From contig JAZRYL010000042.1 of NCBI GenBank assembly GCA_045600705.1, positions 15,833 to 79,832 of the forward strand: a DNA stretch of 64,000 nt. Reading direction: 5' to 3'. The DNA comes from Clostridia bacterium. Lineage in GTDB: Bacteria; Bacillota; Clostridia; Christensenellales; QALW01. Below the pieces are notes generated by a model. That model was not told the origin of the DNA. It saw only the letters and a program-made list of their open reading frames with translations, and ran no database searches. Positions 43,777 through 54,077 of the stretch are shown here, in pieces; position 1 is the first letter of the stretch, and every line of letters starts with the position of its first letter. The translations under genes and the position numbers were made by a program.

Positions 43777-46008
43777 ATGAATAATGACGGACAGTTTTTG
43801 CAAAAATTAAAAGAATTCGGAAGCAAAATCAAAAAACAGGGCGACACTCTGATTTATTTTGAACTTGCGGTAGTTTTGACGGTAATAATCGTTGCCGTAA
43901 ACTATATGTTCCAATATACCGAGAATAAGATTTCAAACGCCAAATCGATAAAAGCGTGGGAATACGTTTACACCGACAGTGAAGACGAAAAATTCAACGG
44001 CGATTTGAGAAATGCCAATAACCTTGTTCCTATGGAAAAGGAAAAGCTTGGCTCCTATCTTCACGTTAAAGCGAAAATCGATGCGTCAGACAATGACAGA
44101 ACACTTATCGTTAATACGGACTATGCACCGATCAAAATAATTTTGAACGGCAAGGAAAGATACAATAACTACTACGGAAAAGCAGATTACGTGGGAAATT
44201 CGTACAATGCGATAAAAATTCCCGCTTCCTCTTCACCTACGGAAATACGTATTTCGGCACGTCTTCCGTTCTCCACTACGTTCACTATGCAGACGGTGGA
44301 GGGTGTGGCTCACCCCGACTTTTCGGTGGATGTACACATTATTTTTTCGGCGGTTGTAATCCTGCTTAGCATCGGATTTTTCGTATTTTCCGCAGTTATT
44401 AAGTCCGTTAAGCATAAAAAAATTAAATTTATCGCCGTGTTTGCGGCAATACTTGTTTACGGCATCGCTACGGCAGCTAAAGCGCTGACGCAGGATACCT
44501 ATTACGTAAATATGCCGAATTTCTATAACATTTCAGTGGCACTTGAAAACGTAAGTTTGGCTATTATTATGTTCATTTCGGCACGGCTTGTTTCAATGAA
44601 AAATAAGACTGTTTATGTGCTAATATTCGTCGATATTCTTGCAGCCGCGGCAACCTGCATCTTCACAAACCTGTGGATAGCAAGAATTTCGTTCATCGCT
44701 TCGGATATTCTTATACTGGGCACGCTTCTTTTGATGGTAAAAGAAAACTATCCTATGCTTGACAGACGTGTTCAGTACGCCAAAATCACATATCTTATGC
44801 TTCTTGCTTCGGTGATGATCCATGTTCTCTGCGGTATTATGATGAATACCGTGAGACTCAGAGTAACTTATTATTACTGCCAGAATATTATGATGGTCGT
44901 ATTCCTGTGCTATAACGTATTCGCTCAGATTGAAAAGACCATTGAATTCACCAATCCGGAAGAAATACAGCAAAAAATCAATCAGTACAATCTGTTTGTT
45001 GAAAAAGTTGCCGAACTGATTAAGAATATCATGGCGGTTAATACGGAAAACGAAATCTGCCGTGAGGCTTGCGAAGGTATTAGTTCTCTTTGCCATGAGA
45101 TGGGCAAGTTCGATGATGAAAATGAACTGACCGTTACCGCTTTAATTAAGGAAAACGGCGAGTACAGTACCATGTACAGTATCGGTAATCCCGGAACAAT
45201 AAACCCCTTTGTTGTGGAAAACCGCTGTCTTCTTGAAGAAAAGTTCTGCATTTATAACGAAACTTACTTCGATATGGTTTTCGTTACAGAAAATGACTTC
45301 CATATTATTGTTCACGTTGAAAACGTCAAGGACGGACTTGATAATTTCTTCATCAGCATTATGGACACGATTTTCAGTTGCGTTCGTGCAAAATACATTC
45401 GTATGACAGAAGAAGACGTTGACTGCATTGATGCAGATATGCAAATATTCGTAGACCTTGCCGAAAACTGTGAAAGCGGTACGGCGGACAACAACGAACA
45501 CCTCGGATCCGTTTGCTTCTATACCAAAACGATTATGGAACAAATGGGTTATCCCGAAGAAATTTGCGAAATCGTTTCAAAAGCCGCAATGCTTCACGAT
45601 ATCGGAAAAATCGCAATTCCTTTGGAAATCGGCTCAAAGGGCGCTCTGCTTAACGAGGAGGAGCGCACCATTATGAAAAAACACACCGACTTCGGATATT
45701 CACTTTTGTCGGTGTTCGACAGTGACTTCCTTATGGTCGCTTCCATGATTGCAAAGCACCACCACGAAAAGTATGACGGAACCGGCTATGCGGGCATCAA
45801 GGGCGAGGATATCAACGAATTCGCACGTATCGTATCCGTTTCCGACGTTATGGACGCACTTATGGCAAAGCGTTCGTATAAAGACCCGTGGCCCTTTGAA
45901 AAGGTTATGGATTATATTAAAGCAGGTTCGGGCAAAATGTTCGACCCCAAGGTAGTAGAAGCAACTCTTGCCTGCACGGAGATATTCAGAAGTAACACAG
46001 AAAAATAA
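43777..46008 (+). CDS. membrane sensor with extracytoplasmic domain, 7 TM helices and C-terminal HD-GYP-type c-di-GMP phosphodiesterase domain
   Basis: 743 aa: TM1, then about 150 aa outside, a 7-TM block, a linker, and HD-GYP signatures HLGSVCFYTK, AAMLHDIGKIAIP, KKHTDFGY and HHHEKYDGTGYAG (GYA in place of GYP). Confidence 0.8.
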   Translation: MNNDGQFLQKLKEFGSKIKKQGDTLIYFELAVVLTVIIVAVNYMFQYTENKISNAKSIKAWEYVYTDSEDEKFNGDLRNANNLVPMEKEKLGSYLHVKAKIDASDNDRTLIVNTDYAPIKIILNGKERYNNYYGKADYVGNSYNAIKIPASSSPTEIRISARLPFSTTFTMQTVEGVAHPDFSVDVHIIFSAVVILLSIGFFVFSAVIKSVKHKKIKFIAVFAAILVYGIATAAKALTQDTYYVNMPNFYNISVALENVSLAIIMFISARLVSMKNKTVYVLIFVDILAAAATCIFTNLWIARISFIASDILILGTLLLMVKENYPMLDRRVQYAKITYLMLLASVMIHVLCGIMMNTVRLRVTYYYCQNIMMVVFLCYNVFAQIEKTIEFTNPEEIQQKINQYNLFVEKVAELIKNIMAVNTENEICREACEGISSLCHEMGKFDDENELTVTALIKENGEYSTMYSIGNPGTINPFVVENRCLLEEKFCIYNETYFDMVFVTENDFHIIVHVENVKDGLDNFFISIMDTIFSCVRAKYIRMTEEDVDCIDADMQIFVDLAENCESGTADNNEHLGSVCFYTKTIMEQMGYPEEICEIVSKAAMLHDIGKIAIPLEIGSKGALLNEEERTIMKKHTDFGYSLLSVFDSDFLMVASMIAKHHHEKYDGTGYAGIKGEDINEFARIVSVSDVMDALMAKRSYKDPWPFEKVMDYIKAGSGKMFDPKVVEATLACTEIFRSNTEK

Positions 46009-46033
46009 TAAGTAATGCTACGGAGAATTGATA

Positions 46034-49000
46034 ATGGATGAAAATTTGAATGGCAATCAGCCGGAATTCACCGCTTCGACGGACGAAAACGGCGTTGCAC
46101 CGATAAATGAGCAGACCGCTGAAGGTTTTTCTGCTGAGAACGAGCAGACCGCAGAAGGTCTTTCCGCCGATGGCGAGCAGGTAGCCGAAAACGGTGTTCC
46201 TGCCGATGGCGAACAGGCAGCAAACGGCGTCAATCTTGCGGGAATGCAGGAAAACACCTCCGACCAGGTTGCGTTCAATCCGGAAGCGGAGCAGGAAAAG
46301 AAAACCGAAGATAAGGTGGCAAATGCCAAAAAGCATAAAAAGACCAAGTGGTTTTTTATAATTCCCTTGATATTTCTTATTCTTATTTCGTTACTGTTCA
46401 TCATTTGGCAGATAAGTCCCAAAAAGGGTATGAACGTATGCGTTCTTGACAAAACAATACTGACCGTTGAGGAAAACAACGATATCAATATTGATTCTGT
46501 TTACAGAAAGCATCAAGGACTGTTCTGGCTGCTTGAACAGCAGAAGTACGTTTTCCAGAACGGTGACTTCTATGATACAAAGCAGGACTATTTCGGACCT
46601 ATTCTTGACGAAGAAGGTCAGATAAAAGAGGAAAGAGCCCTTAAAGACCTTGATTATGAGCCGGATTTGATGTATGTTTCCGACGTGTACGGCGCAGTAA
46701 ACGACACCTACGGCTATTACGACAAGAACGACGCCAAAAATGCGGGTGTAACTGTCGATGAAATGTCGGTTATTTCCTACGCATACGAGAGCAATGCCAC
46801 AATCGTTGCGGAAATGGAACTTTTCAATTCCAACTTGAACAGTTCAATCCACTCTCAGCTTGCGAGTCTTTGCGGCGTTAAGCCCACCGGCTGGGTAGGA
46901 AGATACATTTACGATTTGCAGGATTTCACCGACGTTCCCGACTGGGCTCCTCCCATGTACGAACAGCAGGAAGGTGTTGAGTGGCAGTTCTCAGGCCCCG
47001 GAATTTTGCTTGTTTCCGATGAAAAAATCATCATTCTTGAGCAGAAAACCGACTTTGAATCACGAAATCTTTTGCAGATTTTCATAACAGACGAATACAA
47101 AAAAGAATTTAAGCACTGTGACCGTGTTAATTTCTATAACTGGTTCGAAATCGTAGAGCCGGTGGGAAATACTGAGGTTATTGCAAACTTTGAATTCGAT
47201 GTAAACGCAACCGGTATGGAAAAACTTAAAGGCGTGCTCAGGTCGCCTGTATTCTGTGCCGCAACACGCAAGGTAAGTACGGGAAAGGCTCCCGTTTACT
47301 ACTTTGCCGCCGACTTTAACGATTACGTTTCGCATCTTAACTACAACAGATTTATGTTTGCAAACACGGTTTACAGATGGATAGCATTTGACCGTCAGGG
47401 CGATATTACCAACTTCTATTGGAACTTCTATGACCCGCTGATGACGAAAATTCTTTCCTATGTGAACACCCGTGAAATTATCAAAAATCCCGACGAAAAC
47501 GCCGCTAATGTTGACAGAACAACGCATTTCAGCGTAAGCGACAACGGATTCAGAATAAAGGGCGAAGACGATTGGGAAAAAATATCGTTTAATGCGGTAA
47601 GCATAAACGCCCACGAACCGGGCAAGAGTACCTATTCACGAAATTACGGTTTTTACGAAAACCTTGTCCGTGAAACGGTTACAATGGGTGCGAACTGTAT
47701 TTACGCAAAGGATATTCTTCCGCCCGAGTTTTACCGTGCAATATACGCAAACAATTCTTCCGAAAAAGCAAAAAAGGTGTACTTGATACAAAACATCACT
47801 CCTCCGGACGAAATTTCTCAGGAGGAATGGCAGAAAAAAGCGGAAGCGGCAGTTAATGTTCTTAACGGAAAAGGCTCTTATTCCATCGGAAACACCGACG
47901 ACGCAATAAGATACTTCATTGACACTTCCAACTTCGTTGCGGCGATAACCTTCGACGGCTTCGACCCGCAGCAGCAACTTTCATATAGCGGTGAGTTCGC
48001 TTCCGGCGAAGGTCAGACCGGCTATCCTGCGTTTATTTACGATACTATTCAAAAGTACGCCAAGGACGAATTCGATATGCAGGTTCCCATCGGAATAAAT
48101 CTTCCGGCAGGGCTTGTTAAGGGAACCGGACTTGAGGGCGAAAACGCAATAAGCATCAGCGATATTATCACTGACAGCGAATGTAAAAACAATTATTCCT
48201 TTACGGTTATTTCATATAAGGACACTAACGGACTTGTTACCGAGCAGGGCGAAAAAATCACTACTGACGGTGACAAAATGGGTGGCGCATTCGCACTTTT
48301 CCGTGAGGCCACAAACGGACGCTATATGGTAAATAACATCGTGTTCTCGGCAAATTGCGGAACGGGTAACGACGATAAAGTAACCGAAAAGCAACAAGGT
48401 CAGCAGACGGTTGCCGCATTAAGAATGGCAAAGGGCTCCGGCGCACTGTGTGCGATTGCTTCCGACCTTAACGACGACTGGTCGGAACTTTCCGATAGTA
48501 TGTATGCGTTCACATCGCCTTTGGAAAACAACAGTATGTGGCAGAACGTGGCAGACCCTGCACAGACAACGGGCTTTATCGCACTCGACCCCGAAGAACC
48601 CGAAAAAGTCGGAATAAATATGACCGATGACGACCGTGTGCAGATGCTTTCACTGTCGTCCAACGAAGGATATTTCTATCTGACCGCACAGTTGCTTACG
48701 GATATTGACTACGAAAAAGAAAAACTGTTTATCGGTATCGACACATATCAGCGAAACGACGGTGAATACTACTATTCAAAGGAATATACACCTACATCGC
48801 TTTCCGGAATGGAATTCGTGCTTGCCTTTGACAGTAAACAGCAGGCAGGGTTGTACGTTACTTCAACATACGACAAAAAAGCGGGAAGATATGCTACAAA
48901 AGAAAGTTATACCGGTGATTACGGTCTTGTTTCGCAACTGACCTACGGCGGTTTCTCCTCGGTTGACAATCAGTTCTATCAGTCAGGTTCTACGATTTAC

Positions 49001-49297
49001 ATTCGTATTCCTTGGGCGTGGCTGAACGTTACCGACCCGTCACAGAAAATCGTTATCAACAACGACGGTGAAATTTCCGGTCAGGCAAAAACGGTCACCA
49101 CAAACGGTGCAGTCGTTTCCGTACTGATTGCAGATAAGCAAACAAAGGACCAGTTGTATCTGTTCCCCGAAACAAAACAGGAACCGTCCTACAAAACATA
49201 CAAGTGGGCAACGTGGGAAAAGGTTTCCTATTCAATGAGAGAAAAAGAAAGTTTTACAATTCTTAAAAACTACTTCAGTAAAGAAAACGGTAATTAG
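46034..49297 (+). CDS. large single-pass membrane protein, extracytoplasmic, degenerate paralogue of the two downstream glycosidase-like proteins
   Basis: About 1087 aa from the ATG at 46034. Acidic repeat N-terminus (ENEQTAEGFSA twice, DGEQ twice), then TM WFFIIPLIFLILISLLFIIW. Mid block SINAHEPGKS..MGANCIYAKDILPPEFYRAIY..KVYLIQNI and C-terminal block STIYIRIPWAWLNVTDPS align with the 51852 and 54074 products. Confidence 0.7.
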   Translation: MDENLNGNQPEFTASTDENGVAPINEQTAEGFSAENEQTAEGLSADGEQVAENGVPADGEQAANGVNLAGMQENTSDQVAFNPEAEQEKKTEDKVANAKKHKKTKWFFIIPLIFLILISLLFIIWQISPKKGMNVCVLDKTILTVEENNDINIDSVYRKHQGLFWLLEQQKYVFQNGDFYDTKQDYFGPILDEEGQIKEERALKDLDYEPDLMYVSDVYGAVNDTYGYYDKNDAKNAGVTVDEMSVISYAYESNATIVAEMELFNSNLNSSIHSQLASLCGVKPTGWVGRYIYDLQDFTDVPDWAPPMYEQQEGVEWQFSGPGILLVSDEKIIILEQKTDFESRNLLQIFITDEYKKEFKHCDRVNFYNWFEIVEPVGNTEVIANFEFDVNATGMEKLKGVLRSPVFCAATRKVSTGKAPVYYFAADFNDYVSHLNYNRFMFANTVYRWIAFDRQGDITNFYWNFYDPLMTKILSYVNTREIIKNPDENAANVDRTTHFSVSDNGFRIKGEDDWEKISFNAVSINAHEPGKSTYSRNYGFYENLVRETVTMGANCIYAKDILPPEFYRAIYANNSSEKAKKVYLIQNITPPDEISQEEWQKKAEAAVNVLNGKGSYSIGNTDDAIRYFIDTSNFVAAITFDGFDPQQQLSYSGEFASGEGQTGYPAFIYDTIQKYAKDEFDMQVPIGINLPAGLVKGTGLEGENAISISDIITDSECKNNYSFTVISYKDTNGLVTEQGEKITTDGDKMGGAFALFREATNGRYMVNNIVFSANCGTGNDDKVTEKQQGQQTVAALRMAKGSGALCAIASDLNDDWSELSDSMYAFTSPLENNSMWQNVADPAQTTGFIALDPEEPEKVGINMTDDDRVQMLSLSSNEGYFYLTAQLLTDIDYEKEKLFIGIDTYQRNDGEYYYSKEYTPTSLSGMEFVLAFDSKQQAGLYVTSTYDKKAGRYATKESYTGDYGLVSQLTYGGFSSVDNQFYQSGSTIYIRIPWAWLNVTDPSQKIVINNDGEISGQAKTVTTNGAVVSVLIADKQTKDQLYLFPETKQEPSYKTYKWATWEKVSYSMREKESFTILKNYFSKENGN

Positions 49298-49314
49298 AAA
49301 ACCGTCACAAAGGG

Positions 49315-50406
49315 GTGAATTTATTGCATTACGAGTTAATCGCAATTTTATGCGTTTTGTTCTGCCTGTTCATACTTGCGCTGGAATATCTGTGGCTCGC
49401 CTCCCTTGCAAAAAGGCAGGAGGACGATGCGAAAAAGTACGATACCATTTCGCAAAAAGTGTACAGCATCGTTGAAGGAATTTTGTACAGTCCTTCCGAG
49501 GCAAGCAGAAAAAACGAAATAAAAGAACTTAAAAAAATAATGAAGGATGACGTTCGCACCTTTGAAATCATCAATGCTCAGCTTTGCTTCTGGGACGAAT
49601 ACGGCGAAGATGATGCATTCGTGAACAAGCAGGAAGTCATTGATGCGGTTTACGAAGAACTTAAACCTATCGAACTTTATGCAAAAATTCTTAAGAAAAA
49701 GGATAAGTATAAAATCGGTTACGCCTGCCGCCGACTTGCTGACTTCGATGCTTACGATTACCTTAACGACATTTACGACCTTTCCAAATCAAAGAACCGT
49801 AACGTTTCGTACAGTGCGGCAATGGCACTTTCAAGACTCGGCTACACTGACGGCGTTGCCGAATACATTCTTGACATTCAGGACGACAAAAAGTATTCCT
49901 GCCGTATCGTAAACGAAATTTTCGATACATTCAGTTCCGACCGTGCAGAACTTGCCGAAATTCTTTTGGAAAAATGCAACAATTATATGAAAGCGGTTAT
50001 TATCAAGGCCATTGCGGCATACAAGTTCGAACAGTTCGAAAAAATGTACATTGACGGAACGGTCAGCAAGGATATGCAGATGCGTATTGCCTGCATTAAA
50101 GCCCTTGGCTATCTGGCAAAACGTGAAAACGAACACATTCTTGCAATTGCGGCAAAGGATAAGGACTGGGTAGTTCGCTGCGCCGCCATTGACGGACTGA
50201 AACGTCTTGATACCGTAACTGCAATCAACTGCGTTAAAGAAGGAGTCAAAGACAAGGAGTGGTGGGTTCGCCAGAATGCGGCACGTGCCCTTGCCGATAT
50301 GAACGTAAACATTTCCGTAATCGAAGACATTTTGAGCGGATACGACAAATATGCTTCCGATGCGGCAAAATATGCACTTTACCGCCATGTAAACCTTAAT
50401 CACTAA
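49315..50406 (+). CDS. membrane-anchored HEAT-repeat protein
   Basis: 363 aa with N-terminal TM LIAILCVLFCLFILALEYLWLA. Repeated HEAT/PBS-lyase-like units: YSAAMALSRLGYTDG, MRIACIKALGYLAKRE, WVVRCAAIDGLKRLDT, WWVRQNAARALADM. Start uncertain (GTG 49315 or TTG 49324). Confidence 0.7.
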   Translation: MNLLHYELIAILCVLFCLFILALEYLWLASLAKRQEDDAKKYDTISQKVYSIVEGILYSPSEASRKNEIKELKKIMKDDVRTFEIINAQLCFWDEYGEDDAFVNKQEVIDAVYEELKPIELYAKILKKKDKYKIGYACRRLADFDAYDYLNDIYDLSKSKNRNVSYSAAMALSRLGYTDGVAEYILDIQDDKKYSCRIVNEIFDTFSSDRAELAEILLEKCNNYMKAVIIKAIAAYKFEQFEKMYIDGTVSKDMQMRIACIKALGYLAKRENEHILAIAAKDKDWVVRCAAIDGLKRLDTVTAINCVKEGVKDKEWWVRQNAARALADMNVNISVIEDILSGYDKYASDAAKYALYRHVNLNH

Positions 50407-50442
50407 AGTATGATTCCACAATCATGGAAAGAATAGGTAACT

Positions 50443-51855
50443 ATGAGTTTTATTACTATTGTACGAGCATTTATATCATTCTTTAACTATTTCTGTATGG
50501 CATTTACATTGCTGCTCAGCGTGATATATATTGTTCAGTTGATAATTTCATTATTTTCCGTAACGAAAAACGACAAATACCGTCAGTCCAACGACTTCGG
50601 ACGGTACGTTGACAGTGAAAATATTCTTCCTATTTCGCTTCTTATACCTGCGTATAACGAACAGGAAAATATCGTGCAGAACATTAAATCGCTTATGACC
50701 ATTGACTATCCCGAATTTGAAATATGCGTTGTAAACGACGGTTCTACGGACAGAACTCACGACCTTATCGTTGAGGCGTTCCACCTTTATAAAATTGAAT
50801 CTTCCTTTAAGACCTCCATACCCACGCAGGAGGTTCGAGGCATTTATTACAATACCGAATATCCCAACCTTATCTACGTTGATAAGGAAAACGGCGGTAA
50901 ATCCGATGCTCTTAATGCAGGAATAAACGTTTCATCGTATCCGCTGTTCGCCTGCCTTGATGCGGACTCCCGTATCGAGCCGGACGCTCTGCTTAAACTT
51001 TCAACGGAATTCTTGAAAAACTCCGATACTATCGTTGCCGGCGGACTTGTTCGTATTGCCAACGGCTTCAAAATCAAGGACGGCGTAGTCAGCGAATTTA
51101 CAATGCCGCCCAAAATGGTTGAACGTTTCCAAATCGTTGAATATTACCGTTCTTTCCTTTCGGGAAGAGTAGGATGGGGCGCCGCTAACGCAATGCTTAT
51201 CGTTTCGGGCGCATTCGGTGTATTCAGAAAATCCTCCGTTATCGAGGTAGGCGGCTACAAGACGAATACCATCGGTGAGGATATGGAAATTGTCGTTCGT
51301 TTGCACAAATATTACAGAAGTCACCATAAAAAATACAAGGTTATTTTCTGTGAAGACTCGGTTTGCTGGACTCAGGGCCCCATGTCAATGAAGGATATCC
51401 GAAGCCAGCGCCGTCGTTGGCAGATAGGTCTGCTTGATACACTTTTAACACACAAAACAATGTTCTTTAACATCCGCTACGGCATTGTAGGTTTGCTTGC
51501 AATTCCGTACAACTGGATATTCGAGCTTCTCGGCGCCGTTATCGAGGTTTTGGGTTATGCGCTCATACCGTTCTCGCTGATAATGGGCGAATTGAATATG
51601 TTCTTCTTCATAATTTACTTCCTGCTTGCGGTGCTTTTGGGTATTATCCTTTCAATGGGAAGTCTTGTTCTTGAACAGTTCACGAGAAAATCCATTATGA
51701 CCGCAAAACAGTGCCTTATGCTTTCAATCTATACGATTCTTGAAAACTTCGGCTACCGTCAAGCGATTACAATTTTCCGTGTTGAGGGAATACTTAAATA
51801 CCGTAAACTTCGCAGAACGTGGGGTAAGATTCAAAGAAAGGGTATTGAACAATGA
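50443..51855 (+). CDS. processive family-2 glycosyltransferase, membrane-embedded synthase (PgaC/IcaA/NodC/BcsA-core-like)
   Basis: 470 aa with an N-terminal TM. GT-A core: LLIPAYNEQENI..VVNDGSTDRT, GGKSDALNAG, LDADSRIE, SGAFGVFRK, IGEDMEIVVRLH, QRRRWQIG. Three or four C-terminal TM helices and no PilZ-sized C-terminal domain. Confidence 0.85.
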   Translation: MSFITIVRAFISFFNYFCMAFTLLLSVIYIVQLIISLFSVTKNDKYRQSNDFGRYVDSENILPISLLIPAYNEQENIVQNIKSLMTIDYPEFEICVVNDGSTDRTHDLIVEAFHLYKIESSFKTSIPTQEVRGIYYNTEYPNLIYVDKENGGKSDALNAGINVSSYPLFACLDADSRIEPDALLKLSTEFLKNSDTIVAGGLVRIANGFKIKDGVVSEFTMPPKMVERFQIVEYYRSFLSGRVGWGAANAMLIVSGAFGVFRKSSVIEVGGYKTNTIGEDMEIVVRLHKYYRSHHKKYKVIFCEDSVCWTQGPMSMKDIRSQRRRWQIGLLDTLLTHKTMFFNIRYGIVGLLAIPYNWIFELLGAVIEVLGYALIPFSLIMGELNMFFFIIYFLLAVLLGIILSMGSLVLEQFTRKSIMTAKQCLMLSIYTILENFGYRQAITIFRVEGILKYRKLRRTWGKIQRKGIEQ

Positions 51856-54077
51856 AAAAAATTGCAATTTCAGTTATCGCAACTCTTTTGGTACTCGTAT
51901 TTCTTGCCCAAATCGGCGTTCTTGAAAGATTCGGAATTCACGGAATTTCCGTTTTCACCAAGAAAAAAGAAGACACTTCTTCTTCGTCGTCGGAAAATAC
52001 CGCAGAAACATATATTGATTCCACTACAAATGTAAGTTACCGCTTCAAAACAAAGGGTGACTACTTCTATCAGTATGTGGACGGCGATTGGGAACAGCTT
52101 TTTATGCGCGGCGTAAACATCGGTGCTACCGAACCCGCTTTGTTCCCCGGTGACCTTACCATTTCCTACGACAGTTATCTTCGCTGGTTCGGCTATATCA
52201 GCGAAATGAACGCAAACTGCGTTCGAATTTACACGCTTATGCCTCCGCAGTTCTATCAGGCATTGGCGGATTTTAACAAAAGTACAAAAAAGAACGTTTA
52301 CCTTTTCCAAGGAATTTGGGTAAACGAAGAAGATATTGAACGTCTTTCCGATGCGTATGCGGAAAACGAAAAAATTCTTAACGATTTCACCGCCGACGCA
52401 ATAAACCTGGTGGACGTTATTCACGGCAACGCAAAAGTGGCGGAAAGCCCCGGTGAAGCATCGGGTACCTACACCGCCGACGTTTCAAAATGGCTCGCAG
52501 GGTGGATTATCGGTATCGAATGGGACCCGAACTTCGTTATGAACACGGACCAGCAGCACCCGGACAAGAAAGATTTTGACGGTGAGTATCTGTACACACA
52601 GACCGCCTCACCTTTCGAAGCGTTCCTTTGTCGAGTGGGCAATTCAATGATAAAGTACGAAACGGATACCTATAATTTCCAAACTCCGCTTGCTTTCACA
52701 AACTGGATTACTACCGACCCGCTTACACACCCCAACGAACCCCACTTCGATGAGGATAAGGCAACGGTAAATACAGAAAACGTTAAGTACAGAGATTTTG
52801 GACCCGGTATGTTTGCTTCGTACCACATTTACCCGTACTATCCCGACAGTCTTAACTATCAGACAGACTATCTTCAGTACATTGACGAGGACGGCAACGT
52901 AAACACCTACCTTGCTTATCTTGAAGACCTTAAGCTTGCACACACTATGCCTATCATCGTTGCCGAATTCGGTATTCCCACCTCACGAGGCTTGGGCCAT
53001 AAGAGTGTTATGGGTTACGACCAGGGCGGCGTTGATGAGATGGACCAAGGCGAAATGATTATAAATATGCTCAGGTATATTGAAGATACTAAATATGCGG
53101 GAGCAATTATTTTCACATGGCAGGATGAATGGTTTAAGAGAACGTGGAACAACGTTATGTACGATATCGCTGACCGCCGTCCTTTCTGGACGAACATTCA
53201 GACAACGGAACAGTGCTTCGGCGTAATGGCATTCGACCCCGGTCAGGAAAAGTGCGTTTGCTACGTTGACGGCGAAACAAACGATTGGAATTCATTTTCA
53301 CCTGTGGTTTCAACGTCGCAGGGCGACCTTTATGTTACAAGCGACGAAAGATACGTGTATTTTATGGTGGATGCCAAGGACTACGACTTCGAAAACGATA
53401 CGCTTGTCATTCCCGTAAACACCATTGCAGACCAGGGAAACAGTGCGGCAACCGCTTACGGTGCACAGTTCGACAAGGATGCCGACTTCCTTATTTACAT
53501 CAACGGCAAGGAAGATTCCCATATCTTCGTTGACAGATATTACGATGCTTTCAACTACTATTTCCTTAACTCCAAAAAGCTCAGCGATATTCCCGAGGAA
53601 GAAAATGCCAACGTTAAAAACAGCGGTAATTTCGACATTATGCGCCTCTGCTACGGCTATAACCTTACCGTAAAGGGAACGGGCGAGGTGGTTACCGATA
53701 AGGCTTACGAAACGGGCAAACTTCTTTTCGGAAACGGCAATCCCGATGCGGAAAATTACAGGTCGTTAAGTGATTTCTGCTACAAAAACGGCAAACTTGA
53801 AATAAGAATTCCGTGGCAGCTTCTTAACATTATGGACCCGTCGGGCAAAAAGCAGATTTCCGATTTCTGGCAGACGCAGGTTATTTCGCCCCAGGATTAC
53901 ACGGAATTCAATATGGGCTTTGGGTACAGAAGCAACACAAGCACCGATACGCTTCAGGTTTCCCTTTCCGGCTCCTACGACTACAAAGCGTGGAATATGC
54001 CCACGTGGCACGAGCGTCTTAAACCTGCATATTATCAGTTGCAGGAATATCTTTCAAAATTCGTGGAGGAACAATGA
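51852..54077 (+). CDS. signal-anchored extracytoplasmic TIM-barrel glycosidase-like protein (paralogue A)
   Basis: 741 aa with TM ISVIATLLVLVFLAQIGVL. Blocks: RGVNIGATEP, EMNANCVRIYTLMPPQFYQAL, HPNEPHF, YHIYPYYPDS, VAEFGIPTSRG, FTWQDEWFKRTWN and C-terminal EIRIPWQLLNIMDPS. ATGA overlap with the GT2 gene. Confidence 0.7.
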   Translation: MKKIAISVIATLLVLVFLAQIGVLERFGIHGISVFTKKKEDTSSSSSENTAETYIDSTTNVSYRFKTKGDYFYQYVDGDWEQLFMRGVNIGATEPALFPGDLTISYDSYLRWFGYISEMNANCVRIYTLMPPQFYQALADFNKSTKKNVYLFQGIWVNEEDIERLSDAYAENEKILNDFTADAINLVDVIHGNAKVAESPGEASGTYTADVSKWLAGWIIGIEWDPNFVMNTDQQHPDKKDFDGEYLYTQTASPFEAFLCRVGNSMIKYETDTYNFQTPLAFTNWITTDPLTHPNEPHFDEDKATVNTENVKYRDFGPGMFASYHIYPYYPDSLNYQTDYLQYIDEDGNVNTYLAYLEDLKLAHTMPIIVAEFGIPTSRGLGHKSVMGYDQGGVDEMDQGEMIINMLRYIEDTKYAGAIIFTWQDEWFKRTWNNVMYDIADRRPFWTNIQTTEQCFGVMAFDPGQEKCVCYVDGETNDWNSFSPVVSTSQGDLYVTSDERYVYFMVDAKDYDFENDTLVIPVNTIADQGNSAATAYGAQFDKDADFLIYINGKEDSHIFVDRYYDAFNYYFLNSKKLSDIPEEENANVKNSGNFDIMRLCYGYNLTVKGTGEVVTDKAYETGKLLFGNGNPDAENYRSLSDFCYKNGKLEIRIPWQLLNIMDPSGKKQISDFWQTQVISPQDYTEFNMGFGYRSNTSTDTLQVSLSGSYDYKAWNMPTWHERLKPAYYQLQEYLSKFVEEQ

